Virus record (IMG/VR): IMGVR_UViG_3300032050_000088
Direction: 5' to 3' (one strand)
Length of the DNA: 20,000 nucleotides
From: an uncultured virus (IMG/VR IMGVR_UViG_3300032050_000088)
Lineage: Duplodnaviria > Heunggongvirae > Uroviricota > Caudoviricetes
The notes beneath the pieces are model-generated. The model had not been told where the DNA came from and did not search any database. It saw only the letters and a program-made list of their open reading frames with translations. How positions within the stretch are numbered: position 1 is the stretch's first letter; each line of letters starts with the position of its first letter. Positions 1-9,057 of the stretch are shown in pieces. The position numbers and the translations under genes are program-made.

Positions 1-1
1 G

Positions 2-574
2 GCGGTTAGAACTGTAATTAGAGATATTGTAACGGTTTTAAAATCAGGTAAAACAGATGAAATTATGTTACCTTATGACTTAAATGGTCAAGAAAGTTAT
101 GAGATAATGAATTTTCCTGAGTTTGATGTTTTTTTAGACATAAGACAGGTCGATTTTGAAGAAATTAAGTCAGGTGCTGACTTTTTTATACAGTCAAGTT
201 ACGTTTCTGAAGGACAACAATTACAAATTTTAATTCAGTATGTACCTGAGAGGCTACAAAAATCATTACATTCTATAGTTGGAAATCTTAATGACGATAT
301 CGCACATGAATTACAGCATTTAAGACAGGATGTTGAGGGTAGACTTGATATTACTGATTATAGAGGTTCTAATGTTGGATATTTTTTACAACCGAACGAA
401 ATTGAATCACAATATAGGGGACTCAAAAGAAAATCAAAAATTATGGGATTACCTATGATTGATGTTGTTGATGATTGGTTTGAAAATAACTCAAAAAGAT
501 TTAGATTATCTGATAAAGATGTTGCAAAGATAAAATCTGCAATTATGAAATATCCTAAGAAGAAAATCTCTTAA
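2..574 (+). CDS. 5'-truncated HExxH zinc-metallopeptidase-like phage protein
   Basis: Frame is open from position 2 through the ATG at 65; HELQH motif with a downstream YFLQPNEIES (possible third Glu ligand). Confidence 0.6.
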   Translation, partial: AVRTVIRDIVTVLKSGKTDEIMLPYDLNGQESYEIMNFPEFDVFLDIRQVDFEEIKSGADFFIQSSYVSEGQQLQILIQYVPERLQKSLHSIVGNLNDDIAHELQHLRQDVEGRLDITDYRGSNVGYFLQPNEIESQYRGLKRKSKIMGLPMIDVVDDWFENNSKRFRLSDKDVAKIKSAIMKYPKKKIS

Positions 575-1184
575 TTATTTTACTAATTGAATTTCTAAGT
601 CCTATTGAAGATACAGTTAGTAGTCCAGAAGTTAACAATCTATCTGAAATTTCTTTTACAGTAGAACTGTCAATTTCACCACTTGTTGCATATTGAGCTA
701 AATAAAATAAAATCGGAGCTAAAAAAGCGTAAGACATTAAGTTTGTCACTTTATATAAATGTAGATTTAGGCTTTCCATGAAACTTATAAAGGCATCCTT
801 AAATTCCTGACTTTTATATAATGCCATTTTGAATGGTTCCTCTAAACCTTTTTCTTTAATAACCTCAATAATTTTTTTAACTTTTGATTTGTTGTCTTGG
901 AAATATATTGCAATAACTCCAAGTAAAACTATACTTAATTCCGCGTCAGATAGTCCCGAATAGTTACCACGTATAAATCTTGATAAAGGTTCAATTAAAC
1001 CACCAATAGTTGCTCCCCACGATATCAAAATATTAAAATGACCCCCAAATTCTTTTGAAGTTTCCTCAATAATATTTTTAACAGTTTCGTAATTAGTTTT
1101 TAAAACACCAATCAATTCATCGGCGATTGATTCAGTGATTAAAACTTTTTTTTGACTTTCGTTTATTACTACAGTTAATTTCAT
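555..1184 (-). CDS. hypothetical protein with hydrophobic segments, probably virion-associated
   Basis: ORF track 555..1241; more likely start MKLTVVINES at 1184, 6 nt after a minus-strand TATTTAT (1191-1197); N-terminal INES/ITES motifs. Confidence 0.7.
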   Translation of the reverse strand: MKLTVVINESQKKVLITESIADELIGVLKTNYETVKNIIEETSKEFGGHFNILISWGATIGGLIEPLSRFIRGNYSGLSDAELSIVLLGVIAIYFQDNKSKVKKIIEVIKEKGLEEPFKMALYKSQEFKDAFISFMESLNLHLYKVTNLMSYAFLAPILFYLAQYATSGEIDSSTVKEISDRLLTSGLLTVSSIGLRNSISKIIKRFSS

Positions 1185-1228
1185 ACAATAATAAATACTT
1201 GAAATATATTTATTGTTAAAGTCAAAAT

Positions 1229-1831
1229 ATGATAAATCCAAAATTAAAGGTGGGAGATAGGGTCCAAATATTACATATGGAGGATGAAATGGATATAATC
1301 CCCATGGGGACGTGGGGAACTGTGGAGAGAGTTTCTAATGTAATGGATGAGGACATTTATGGTGTTAAATGGGATAATGGTAAAACTTTAAACATTTTGT
1401 CAACTACAGATGTTTGGGACACCGAAGAAAATAGAGGTAAATTCAAAAAGAAAAAAATAACCGAATCAGGTGAAATTGAAAGACACAACGCTTTGTACGG
1501 TAATTTGGATGTGTTTGCCAATTTTAAAATGAGATACTTAAACGAGTATTTAAGAAAAGTTAGAGAGTGTGGTGCGGTAAATATGTTTACCGCAGCTTCA
1601 TTTCTTTACATGGGAAGAGACCGAATGGAACATATGTTTGCTTATCAGGATATTGACAGTGAAATATGTGAAGAGGTTTTGGATATGGCAAACATGGCAC
1701 AACATGAAATGGTGTCAGGGGTTATTAAGGTTTTAGAAAGCGAAGGTAAAGAAGTTGAGTTGAATAAAATTAATAGATATCTCCAAAGATATTCTCAAAA
1801 AGTTTTAGATAGTTACATGCATCTATTCTGA
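1229..1831 (+). CDS. DUF4314-like N-terminal domain plus DUF5049-like (RxxGxVNMF) domain protein
   Basis: KVGDRV..MED..GTxGTV..VKWDNG.TL pattern and LRKVRECGAVNMF, recognised by eye. Confidence 0.6.
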   Translation: MINPKLKVGDRVQILHMEDEMDIIPMGTWGTVERVSNVMDEDIYGVKWDNGKTLNILSTTDVWDTEENRGKFKKKKITESGEIERHNALYGNLDVFANFKMRYLNEYLRKVRECGAVNMFTAASFLYMGRDRMEHMFAYQDIDSEICEEVLDMANMAQHEMVSGVIKVLESEGKEVELNKINRYLQRYSQKVLDSYMHLF

Positions 1832-2110
1832 GTAATAAGATATTTTATCATTATCAGGAATAGGAGTTATATTTAAATCTAAAAAAACAGGATTTTGTTC
1901 TCCGGCGTAAAGACCCAAAATATTATAGTCATAAAATTCTTCAGCTTCGCTCATAGTCATACCATCTCTGACCATTAAAATATTCAAAATTTTTTCTTTT
2001 GAATATAAAATTCTTCTACCGTTAAAATCCTCAACAATACCAATAATCGCATTATCTAAATCTGAAAGTAAGACAGCACCTTCAGCGTATTCATTAATAT
2101 CTACTATCAT
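1823..2110 (-). CDS. conserved phage hypothetical protein
   Basis: 95 aa; LDNAIIG..RDGMT..EA.EF..YNI.G.Y.GE..PVF pattern common in phages; 4-nt overlap with upstream rmlC. Confidence 0.7.
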   Translation of the reverse strand: MIVDINEYAEGAVLLSDLDNAIIGIVEDFNGRRILYSKEKILNILMVRDGMTMSEAEEFYDYNILGLYAGEQNPVFLDLNITPIPDNDKISYYSE

Positions 2111-2604
2111 TTTTTTATATATTCGTTAAAATCAATCGCCGTGTTATCCTTATCACTTATAATTAATTGGTGGTTACCAAGTAATGACTCAACTCTTTTT
2201 CTAACTCCCGGTATACTAGTCCAATGAATTGATACTTCATGTTCTTTTGAATAAATCTCATCAACAAAATAACTAACTATGGTACCTGATTCTAATGTTA
2301 AAAATCCGTGAGCGTAATTTTTTGGGACAAATAAACTTTCACCTTCGGATAATTCATAAACTTCAACTTCACCTACATTTTCTCCGGTCAAACTAACAAT
2401 AATATCAACAATTTTACCTTTAATAACAGTAACATGTTTAGATTGTCTTCGTGGTCCTACCTGAAAATGTAACCCTCTCCATGTAAATGGATTATCATTA
2501 ATACTTAAATTAGATTGAATCCAATTGTCTTCTAACTTAGTTGGAACAAATGACCCTCTATTATCTTTATAAATTGGTTGAGTAGATTTTTTTGGAGTTT
2601 TCAT
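2107..2604 (-). CDS. rmlC: dTDP-4-dehydrorhamnose 3,5-epimerase family cupin
   Basis: DNRGSF, QSNLS, RGLHFQ, QSKHV.VI.G.IVD, LFVP..YAHGFLTL motifs. Confidence 0.88.
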   Translation of the reverse strand: MKTPKKSTQPIYKDNRGSFVPTKLEDNWIQSNLSINDNPFTWRGLHFQVGPRRQSKHVTVIKGKIVDIIVSLTGENVGEVEVYELSEGESLFVPKNYAHGFLTLESGTIVSYFVDEIYSKEHEVSIHWTSIPGVRKRVESLLGNHQLIISDKDNTAIDFNEYIKK

Positions 2605-2664
2605 GTATAAAATATAAAAAATAATTTCACATCAATCAATATATTTATTTAGAAAAACAAAACT

Positions 2665-3189
2665 ATGAATTCATATTTCTTTAAAATGACTCAAGCCGAG
2701 AAAAACAATATTCTTGACCAACATAAAACAATTTATGATGGGTTTGCAACTCAATACGGTCAACCAAATGAACAACCATTATATGTTCAAGATTTTGCTA
2801 ATGATAAAGCCGGTATCACAGTTAGTAACAAAGGTGATGTAAAATCATATACAAACATGAAAATTAATGAGGATGTGTTTACAGGTTCTGCAGTTGAATC
2901 TGAGGAAACATTTGAAGATGAAGAATTCATGGTAAGTGTTGGTGAACAGTTGGATATGATTGGTGACGGCTCTGAGGATTTAGACCACGGCACATTTGAG
3001 GATGATGAAACGGAGATGTTGGTAAGTCCTGAAGGTGAAATAGACATATTTGTTGATGATAATAAAGATGATTTTGATGAAATTGATTTGGAAAAAATGT
3101 TTGAGGAGATAGATGAGGATATTGTTGAACCTTTACAAGAGCAGATTAACAAAACTCTTGACATGTTTAAGAGATTTAAAAAATATTAA
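2665..3189 (+). CDS. acidic hypothetical protein, probably virion/head-associated
   Basis: 174 aa, D/E-rich, TATTTAT at 2642-2648. Confidence 0.7.
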   Translation: MNSYFFKMTQAEKNNILDQHKTIYDGFATQYGQPNEQPLYVQDFANDKAGITVSNKGDVKSYTNMKINEDVFTGSAVESEETFEDEEFMVSVGEQLDMIGDGSEDLDHGTFEDDETEMLVSPEGEIDIFVDDNKDDFDEIDLEKMFEEIDEDIVEPLQEQINKTLDMFKRFKKY

Positions 3190-3194
3190 ATGTT

Positions 3195-3533
3195 ATGCAG
3201 ATTAAAGATTTAGTTTCATTTTATGTGAATGAATCATCCCACACTTTAGATGTGACATTTAGGATTGATTCTGATTTGGATGATGAGGTTAGAACAGACC
3301 AAATAGGGTTTGATGAAATTAAAGGATTCGGGTATAATTTTCTTGATGACAAAATAGATGTTTATAAAACTCTATTTGAAGACGAATCATTTGATGACGA
3401 AGAAGACTTCAACGCAGATGACTTTGAGGATATTTTTTCTGAAGGTGAAATTGACGAACAAGAAGTAATATCTTTTTTAGAAGAATATTATTTAATTTAC
3501 AGTACAAGATTACCTGATACAGAAATTTATTAA
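3195..3533 (+). CDS. acidic hypothetical protein
   Basis: 112 aa ORF 5 nt downstream of the previous gene. Confidence 0.7.
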   Translation: MQIKDLVSFYVNESSHTLDVTFRIDSDLDDEVRTDQIGFDEIKGFGYNFLDDKIDVYKTLFEDESFDDEEDFNADDFEDIFSEGEIDEQEVISFLEEYYLIYSTRLPDTEIY

Positions 3534-4036
3534 GGTCCAATTCTTGTTAAATGTAACGTCATCGAGGATTGTTGCCAAATATTGGGAAACACCCATTGAC
3601 CTGTAGTTCTAAATGTTAGACTTTCTGCGGAATCATCTACAACTTTTAAAACTAATTTTCTTTCCATCAAATTAATGTCAATGTATCCCAAGTCATATTG
3701 ATTGTAAGCCGGTACCAAACTATAGAAATATTGTTCGGACCATTCTAATTGACCTACGGGGTTTACATAAGGTAAAAAAGAAACCACACTATAATCAAAA
3801 TGCCATTTGGTATGACCCACATGTATGTAATTTAGAGGAAAACTATCGGTTTCATTTACAAAAACATCGCCAGGTAGATATGTAGTATCTGACCCAGTGT
3901 TAGGGCCCTCAGTAATATTAACAACTATTTTATCGATGATGTATTCACCACTTAGACTAACTAATGAAGGCTCTTCGTATCTATAACAAGATACTAATAC
4001 ACTTGATAATATAAAAATCAAAAATATGTTTCTCAT
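3530..4036 (-). CDS. putative lipoprotein
   Basis: Hydrophobic N-terminus ending LVSC (lipobox); minus-strand TATATTTG at 4052-4059. Confidence 0.7.
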   Translation of the reverse strand: MRNIFLIFILSSVLVSCYRYEEPSLVSLSGEYIIDKIVVNITEGPNTGSDTTYLPGDVFVNETDSFPLNYIHVGHTKWHFDYSVVSFLPYVNPVGQLEWSEQYFYSLVPAYNQYDLGYIDINLMERKLVLKVVDDSAESLTFRTTGQWVFPNIWQQSSMTLHLTRIGP

Positions 4037-4092
4037 AATAGTAATATTTTACAAATATAGGAAATTTTTGAATAACAAAATATTTATTTTAT

Positions 4093-4341
4093 ATGAAAAA
4101 CGATATTGATTCAATCATTTCTCTGATGAAATCGTTTACTCCGTCATCAGATAAAGAAGAAATGGGAGAACAGGACGCTGCAGCACCTGCCTCGGGAGGT
4201 GGAGGAGCTAAGCCGGCGTATCCTACGGTAACAAAATGGGAAAGTGGTGTTGCAAGAACAGGGCCTGCTAATCAAATAGGACTTACAAAGTGGAGTGAAA
4301 TTGTTAAATTAACAAGAGGTAAGGCTAATACTTTATTATGA
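4093..4341 (+). CDS. small hypothetical protein with duplicated KW...RG/TG.AN motif
   Basis: KWESGVARTGPANQI and KWSEIVKLTRGKANTL; TATTTAT at 4081-4087. Confidence 0.65.
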   Translation: MKNDIDSIISLMKSFTPSSDKEEMGEQDAAAPASGGGGAKPAYPTVTKWESGVARTGPANQIGLTKWSEIVKLTRGKANTLL

Positions 4342-4381
4342 ATTTATTATAAGTAAGATATATTTATTAAAAAACTAAATC

Positions 4382-5392
4382 ATGGATAATAAGAGAAAAA
4401 TCGGAGAAGAAGAATTAAAAAGAGCTCTTCTCATGATGAAATACGACAGTAAAAAAACATTAACCGAAAATGTACAAGAAGTTGGAAAACCACAAATTTT
4501 AAATGAATGGGGGTTTTTATTACCGGCTTTAGGAAGATTAGGGGCTTCACTATTAGGAAAAAAAGCCGCCACTACGGCAGCTGGCACTGCGGTAAAACGA
4601 GGTTTAGGAGCTAGAGCCGCAGGTTTTGCAATAGATACCGCAGCATTTACATTACTCACATCTTGGATTAGTTCACTAATGGGAGGTGGAGACGCGGAAC
4701 AAAAACTCAAAATGTTTTTTGAAGGTTGCCCAACTCACATGGGAAAAATACAAGGTACCAATAGTCAAGAAGAAATAAGAAAGGCTGCCGATACAATTTG
4801 GGAAAATTCTGAAGGTGAGGATTGGTACGAAGGATTCGGTTCTGGAAATGAAGAAAACATTAAAAAGGCCATTAAATCTATGAATACTATTTCCGATATT
4901 TGCGCATTAAGTGGTGTGTTTTATGATGTATATGGAACTACTTTAGAGGATGCACTTACGGGTGAGGCTACGGGGTCTGACTTGGTTTCATACGTATGGG
5001 TTCCTATAAATGATAAAGTTAAAGAATCCGATTCTCAATTATCGGAATTACAACAACAAAATGCACAAGATGGTGCAACAGGTGAAACCCAAGATGGAGG
5101 AACAGGTGAAGCTCAAAATGCGCCTGCAATAGGTAGTTATACACCATGTAGTGGTACTTACACAAGAGGATGTTATTCTGAGGCAATTAAAGAGGTTCAA
5201 ACATGTTTAGGAGGTTTAGTTCCTGATGGTAAATTTGGGCCTAAAACACAGGCGGCGTTAGACGGAGTTGGTTTTGGTAGTGGATTTAAGGATTCTGATG
5301 TTTCCAAAATTTGTAACGTATCATCAATGCCTGAACCTGATATGGATTTACCGACACCTGATGAAGATGACATTGATTCATTGAATATTTAA
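4382..5392 (+). CDS. probable virion protein with C-terminal peptidoglycan-binding (PG_binding_1-like) domain
   Basis: IKEVQTCLGGLVPDGKFGPKTQAAL motif; Ala/Gly-rich hydrophobic segment after ILNE; TATTTAT at 4361-4367. Confidence 0.7.
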   Translation: MDNKRKIGEEELKRALLMMKYDSKKTLTENVQEVGKPQILNEWGFLLPALGRLGASLLGKKAATTAAGTAVKRGLGARAAGFAIDTAAFTLLTSWISSLMGGGDAEQKLKMFFEGCPTHMGKIQGTNSQEEIRKAADTIWENSEGEDWYEGFGSGNEENIKKAIKSMNTISDICALSGVFYDVYGTTLEDALTGEATGSDLVSYVWVPINDKVKESDSQLSELQQQNAQDGATGETQDGGTGEAQNAPAIGSYTPCSGTYTRGCYSEAIKEVQTCLGGLVPDGKFGPKTQAALDGVGFGSGFKDSDVSKICNVSSMPEPDMDLPTPDEDDIDSLNI

Positions 5393-5405
5393 AAAATTTA
5401 ACCGA

Positions 5406-7088
5406 ATGAAAAAAAGAAATATTATAACGGAACAATCCGCTGTCATGGATGACAGAACAAAACTAAAAACCGCTGCCGAAAATGGATGCTATCCTAAATG
5501 GTTAAAAAATGGAAGATTAGGTAACTATAAAGGTAAAAAAGTTTGGTATGGCACAAACGATAAAGGAAATACCGTTATCTTCTATGCGGATATGACCGCA
5601 GAAGTTAAGTTCAAAGATACAGATAAACCTTCTAAAACTGGAAAATGGAAATGTCAGGCATTAGAACAAACAGTTGGTGTGGAAACTCCAATGGAACAAT
5701 TCACTCCTGACCAACAAAAATACATTGAAGATTTGGTTAAATATGAAGGTGTTGTTAGAGAAAAACCATCTGACTATGAAACAAATCAAGGAAAATATGA
5801 GGTCATAGATTTAAATTCCAAAAACCCAACTTTATTCCCTAAAGTCGGAGTTGCGATGGTTTATAAACAAAAGGGCGAAATTAATATTGATAAACCACAA
5901 CAAGACCAAATAATTCAATCTTACAAAGATAGAGGGTATCAAATTGAAAGACCACCAGCAACTGAAAGTTTATTTTGGAACTCAATTGAATTAAGAACCG
6001 CTGAAGATGGTAAATACTCAGAATATTTTTCAAAACCATTTTTCATGTATCAGAGAGTCCAAGATACAAAACTTGCGGACGAAGACGTTAAGCAAGTTGA
6101 AATTGATAGTCAAAGTCAAGATGTTGAAAAATCTTTATGTAGACAATATATTCAATCTTTATACACTCACATGTCCCAAAACAAAGCCATGGAAGACACT
6201 ATGAAGAATAACATGAAGATTTATGTTAGAAGATGTGCCGCTCAAGATAAAATTCCGATGTTTGCTAAGAGTAAATATGAGGAATTATATGGTTTGAACC
6301 CTTATAGAAATTCTTATAGTTTGAGATGTCCGGCAGGATACAAATTAAATGAATTAAAAGTTTGTATGCCGGTTAAGGGAAAAAATGAAAGCATCGAACA
6401 AAAAGAAGTTATTGATAGTTACGAGATTGATTTGAAAAAATCAATTAAAGAAGGACTTAAAAACTATAAAGGTCCAAAAAAAAAAGTTAACGAGAACGAA
6501 ACCAAAATAATTAAAAACAGAATTAAATTCATAACTGAGGACATAAATTTAGACTCAGTTGAGAACCAAAAAAAGGTGGGTTCAGAATTATTCGAGGAAG
6601 TTATGTACCTTCGTTCACAAGGTTTTAATTCTCCATTATTAAATGAAAGTTTATTTGACTTTTTAGGTGGAGTTTTAGGACACTCAACTGAAGGAGTAAG
6701 TCAGTTCTTTAAAGAGAAATTAGTAGATAAAGTTCTATCAATATTAGGGGTAAATCCTGATAGCTGGGTTGGAGGAGTGGTATCAACAACTATTGGTAAC
6801 TTAGCGTTAAGTGACATTCCTAAAGTATTTAGTGATTGTAGTTTTACAACAAAATTATTATCAAAATCAATCGCCGAAGAAGCCGTTAACCAAGTTAGAT
6901 TAGGTGTTGGAGTATCTGGAGGTTTCTATGATATTCTTTCAAATACTTTAGTTGATATGATTGAAAAAGGTGATTTCGCCCAATCAGTCGAAGAAAAATT
7001 AGCAGAATCAATTTGTCCTATGTTATCTGATGTTAGACAAAAATTTACTGATACAGAACAAGGTTTAAAGGACAAAGTTTTTTCTTAA
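5406..7088 (+). CDS. large hypothetical protein, probably virion-associated
   Basis: 560 aa; several I/L-x-E motifs (IITEQ, IKEG, FITED, LLNES); co-oriented with the previous gene. Confidence 0.75.
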   Translation: MKKRNIITEQSAVMDDRTKLKTAAENGCYPKWLKNGRLGNYKGKKVWYGTNDKGNTVIFYADMTAEVKFKDTDKPSKTGKWKCQALEQTVGVETPMEQFTPDQQKYIEDLVKYEGVVREKPSDYETNQGKYEVIDLNSKNPTLFPKVGVAMVYKQKGEINIDKPQQDQIIQSYKDRGYQIERPPATESLFWNSIELRTAEDGKYSEYFSKPFFMYQRVQDTKLADEDVKQVEIDSQSQDVEKSLCRQYIQSLYTHMSQNKAMEDTMKNNMKIYVRRCAAQDKIPMFAKSKYEELYGLNPYRNSYSLRCPAGYKLNELKVCMPVKGKNESIEQKEVIDSYEIDLKKSIKEGLKNYKGPKKKVNENETKIIKNRIKFITEDINLDSVENQKKVGSELFEEVMYLRSQGFNSPLLNESLFDFLGGVLGHSTEGVSQFFKEKLVDKVLSILGVNPDSWVGGVVSTTIGNLALSDIPKVFSDCSFTTKLLSKSIAEEAVNQVRLGVGVSGGFYDILSNTLVDMIEKGDFAQSVEEKLAESICPMLSDVRQKFTDTEQGLKDKVFS

Positions 7089-7154
7089 GAAACCTAGCAG
7101 AGTAGTTTCTGCAATGGGATAAACCACTAAAAGAAAGGGGGTATTCCAAATCTA

Positions 7155-7184
7155 ACAAAAGGGTGTCGAGAGACACCTTTTTGT
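7155..7184. terminator. bidirectional intrinsic terminator
   Basis: ACAAAAGGGTGTC-GAGA-GACACCTTTTTGT between convergent genes. Confidence 0.8.
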
Positions 7185-7185
7185 T

Positions 7186-7677
7186 TTATATGAAGGATTT
7201 TCTAAATTCTTCCCATACAAACTCAACTTGAGGATTTACAACGTCTGAAAATATTGTCGGTTCATATGGTTTTTTGAGTAATTTCATTCCGGCTTCATCC
7301 GGTGTTTTATTGTCCTTTGTTCTGTTACATGAAGAACAACAAGTAACAAGATTTAACCAAGTATTTTGTCCACCTCGTGATTTAGGAATAACATGGTCAA
7401 CAGTTAAATTTCTTTTACTACCACAATAAACACATTGATAATCATCCCGCCTAAAAAGTCTATGACGATTAATTTTTAATTTGTGATATCTGAATTTAAC
7501 ATAATTGAAAAGGCGTATAATAAGAGGTCGAACAAATGACCTTAAACCTGCCATAATTGGCTGGTCGTGAGACTTTAATATCTCCGCCTTACCCTTATTA
7601 ACCAAATTAAAACCTTTAAAAACGGTTGTTACGTTAATGGGGGTGTAGTCCGAATTTAGTACTAATACCTTTTCCAT
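7186..7677 (-). CDS. HNH endonuclease, McrA/HNH_5-like
   Basis: VLVLN.DY.P N-terminus, RD.Y.CVYCG..LTVDHVIPKSRGG..TW.NLVTCC..CN..K. Confidence 0.9.
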   Translation of the reverse strand: MEKVLVLNSDYTPINVTTVFKGFNLVNKGKAEILKSHDQPIMAGLRSFVRPLIIRLFNYVKFRYHKLKINRHRLFRRDDYQCVYCGSKRNLTVDHVIPKSRGGQNTWLNLVTCCSSCNRTKDNKTPDEAGMKLLKKPYEPTIFSDVVNPQVEFVWEEFRKSFI

Positions 7678-7747
7678 CTATTTATTCAATATCTCAAATA
7701 TACAAAATTTTAATCACATAAAAAATAACATGTGAAAAAATAATTTA

Positions 7748-7778
7748 TTTGGTTATTTGGAAAATGTTCGTATATTTG
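7748..7778 (+). promoter_or_regulatory. Bacteroidota-type promoter for tRNA-Arg
   Basis: TTTG (7748-7751), 19-nt spacer, TATATTTG (7771-7778). Confidence 0.7.
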
Positions 7779-7795
7779 TGGTGTGAATAACATAT

Positions 7796-8078
7796 GTCTC
7801 CGTAGCTCAGTAGGATAGAGCAACAGCCTCAAAGGGGGCGTCTGATTAGAAATAATCAGATGGAACTTCTCGAATTCGGTGAAACCTTCCGAGTAATGTC
7901 GATGGTAATACCGAGCCAAACCTCAGAAATGAGGAAGTGTGTAGAGACTAAGTGGGAAGCACCTAAACAAATTAAGTTGAAGGTGATGATATAGTCCAGA
8001 CCACAAACCGAAAGGGTAGTGAAAACTATAGTGGTATGTCTAAGCTGTGGGCCACAGGTTCGAATCCTGTCGGGGATA
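7796..8078 (+). tRNA. tRNA-Arg(UCU), split by a group I intron (exons 7796-7829 and 8039-8078); CCA not encoded
   Basis: Joined exons give acceptor GTCTCCG/CGGGGAT, D arm GCTC/GAGC, anticodon arm ACAGC-CT^TCT-AA-GCTGT, T arm ACAGG-TTCGAAT-CCTGT. Confidence 0.92.
7830..8038 (+). ncRNA. group I self-splicing intron (209 nt, no internal ORF) inserted after U33
   Basis: Exon ends in U pairing with IGS GGGGC; terminal G at 8038; P-like GAATTCGGTGAAAC, Q-like AATACCGAGC, P7 GACTA (7946-7950)/TAGTC (7992-7996), P8 CACCT/AGGTG, P9 with GAAA tetraloops. Confidence 0.9.
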
Positions 8079-8606
8079 CTGGTAACTCAATTGCTCACCG
8101 TGAATTTCGCGGTGGCAATTTGAGCACAGTAACATACATTTATCCAATTCATCAATTATTACTTGGTTAAATGAGTATATTTTAAGATGTGATAGAGTAA
8201 AATCTTTTTCTTCAGGATTCAAATGGTGGAACTCTAAAGCTCCAATATATTTATCATATCCACATCTTTCACATTTACCCCCCTTATAATCTACCATTTC
8301 TTTTTTCAATTTTCTTTGCCTCTCAATTGTTTGCATATTTGTACATTGCTTACAATACACTGATGAATTTTCTTTACCCCTTCTACTATAAAATTCAGAA
8401 GTATCACAGTCTTTTTTACATCTAGGACAAAATCTAGTTTCACCATAAACCTTTTTCCCCATTTGTTTAAAAGGTTTATTTGGAAATTCAACATTATGTT
8501 TTTTTGCCCAATATCTCACTGTTGTTAGTCCTTTACCTGTTTCCTTACTTATTTGGTTTAGAGATAAACCACTATTAATTTTCCCAATTAAAAATTCTTT
8601 AGTCAT
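8040..8606 (-). CDS. free-standing HNH homing-endonuclease-like protein (HTH + Zn ribbon + HNH)
   Basis: GLSLNQISKETGKGLTTVRYW (HTH), CxxC pairs, GGKCERCGY..ALEFHHLNP..K...ELDKC.LLC.NCHREIH; likely start MTKEF at 8606 (track 8633). Confidence 0.85.
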   Translation of the reverse strand: MTKEFLIGKINSGLSLNQISKETGKGLTTVRYWAKKHNVEFPNKPFKQMGKKVYGETRFCPRCKKDCDTSEFYSRRGKENSSVYCKQCTNMQTIERQRKLKKEMVDYKGGKCERCGYDKYIGALEFHHLNPEEKDFTLSHLKIYSFNQVIIDELDKCMLLCSNCHREIHGEQLSYQYPRQDSNLWPTA

Positions 8607-8675
8607 ATGGATAGTTTTTATATAAATATCCATTAAGTTATTTTTTTATTGGAAATTATTGACTATATTTGTGGT

Positions 8676-9053
8676 ATGAAAAAACTAATCCTAACTTTAG
8701 TCCTATCACTTTGGACAATCATTTCATTTTCCCAAGTTTGGGCAAAGGCCGTCAGTCTAACAATTGGTGTCAGAGATGATGCTTACTCCAAATTTACGTG
8801 GGGTGAAACAAAAAGTTTACCCGGAGATATCCTAATTAAATTTGATGACCAAGAAGTAACAATATATACCGAGGACATTCAATTCTATCAAACATTAAAA
8901 CCTGAATATTTTACTGAGGATGGTAATGGGTCATATTGGTTTGCGGTTGATGAAGAAAGAAAAAGATGCAAGCTTTATATGTACAATAAGGGTGGGAATG
9001 TTATTATGATTGAATACGACGATGTTTGTATAATTTATGGGGTTTTATATTAA
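8676..9053 (+). CDS. secreted hypothetical protein
   Basis: Start MKKLIL at 8676 with a Sec signal peptide (..SFSQ); TATATTTG at 8664-8671. Confidence 0.7.
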   Translation: MKKLILTLVLSLWTIISFSQVWAKAVSLTIGVRDDAYSKFTWGETKSLPGDILIKFDDQEVTIYTEDIQFYQTLKPEYFTEDGNGSYWFAVDEERKRCKLYMYNKGGNVIMIEYDDVCIIYGVLY

Positions 9054-9057
9054 AAAG

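Noticed and set aside
2787..3164. 125-aa minus-strand ORF
   Set aside because: Ser-rich shadow of the acidic plus-strand gene 2665..3189
4375..4710. 111-aa minus-strand ORF
   Set aside because: Antisense shadow of 4382..5392
5066..5113. 24-nt imperfect tandem duplication (QDGATGET/QDGGTGEA)
   Set aside because: Ordinary low-complexity linker repeat
6007..6204. 65-aa ORF (similarly 8306..8494 and 9340..9528)
   Set aside because: Alternative frames nested inside better-supported genes
7710..7919. 69-aa minus-strand ORF
   Set aside because: Antisense to the tRNA-Arg 5' exon, intron and promoter
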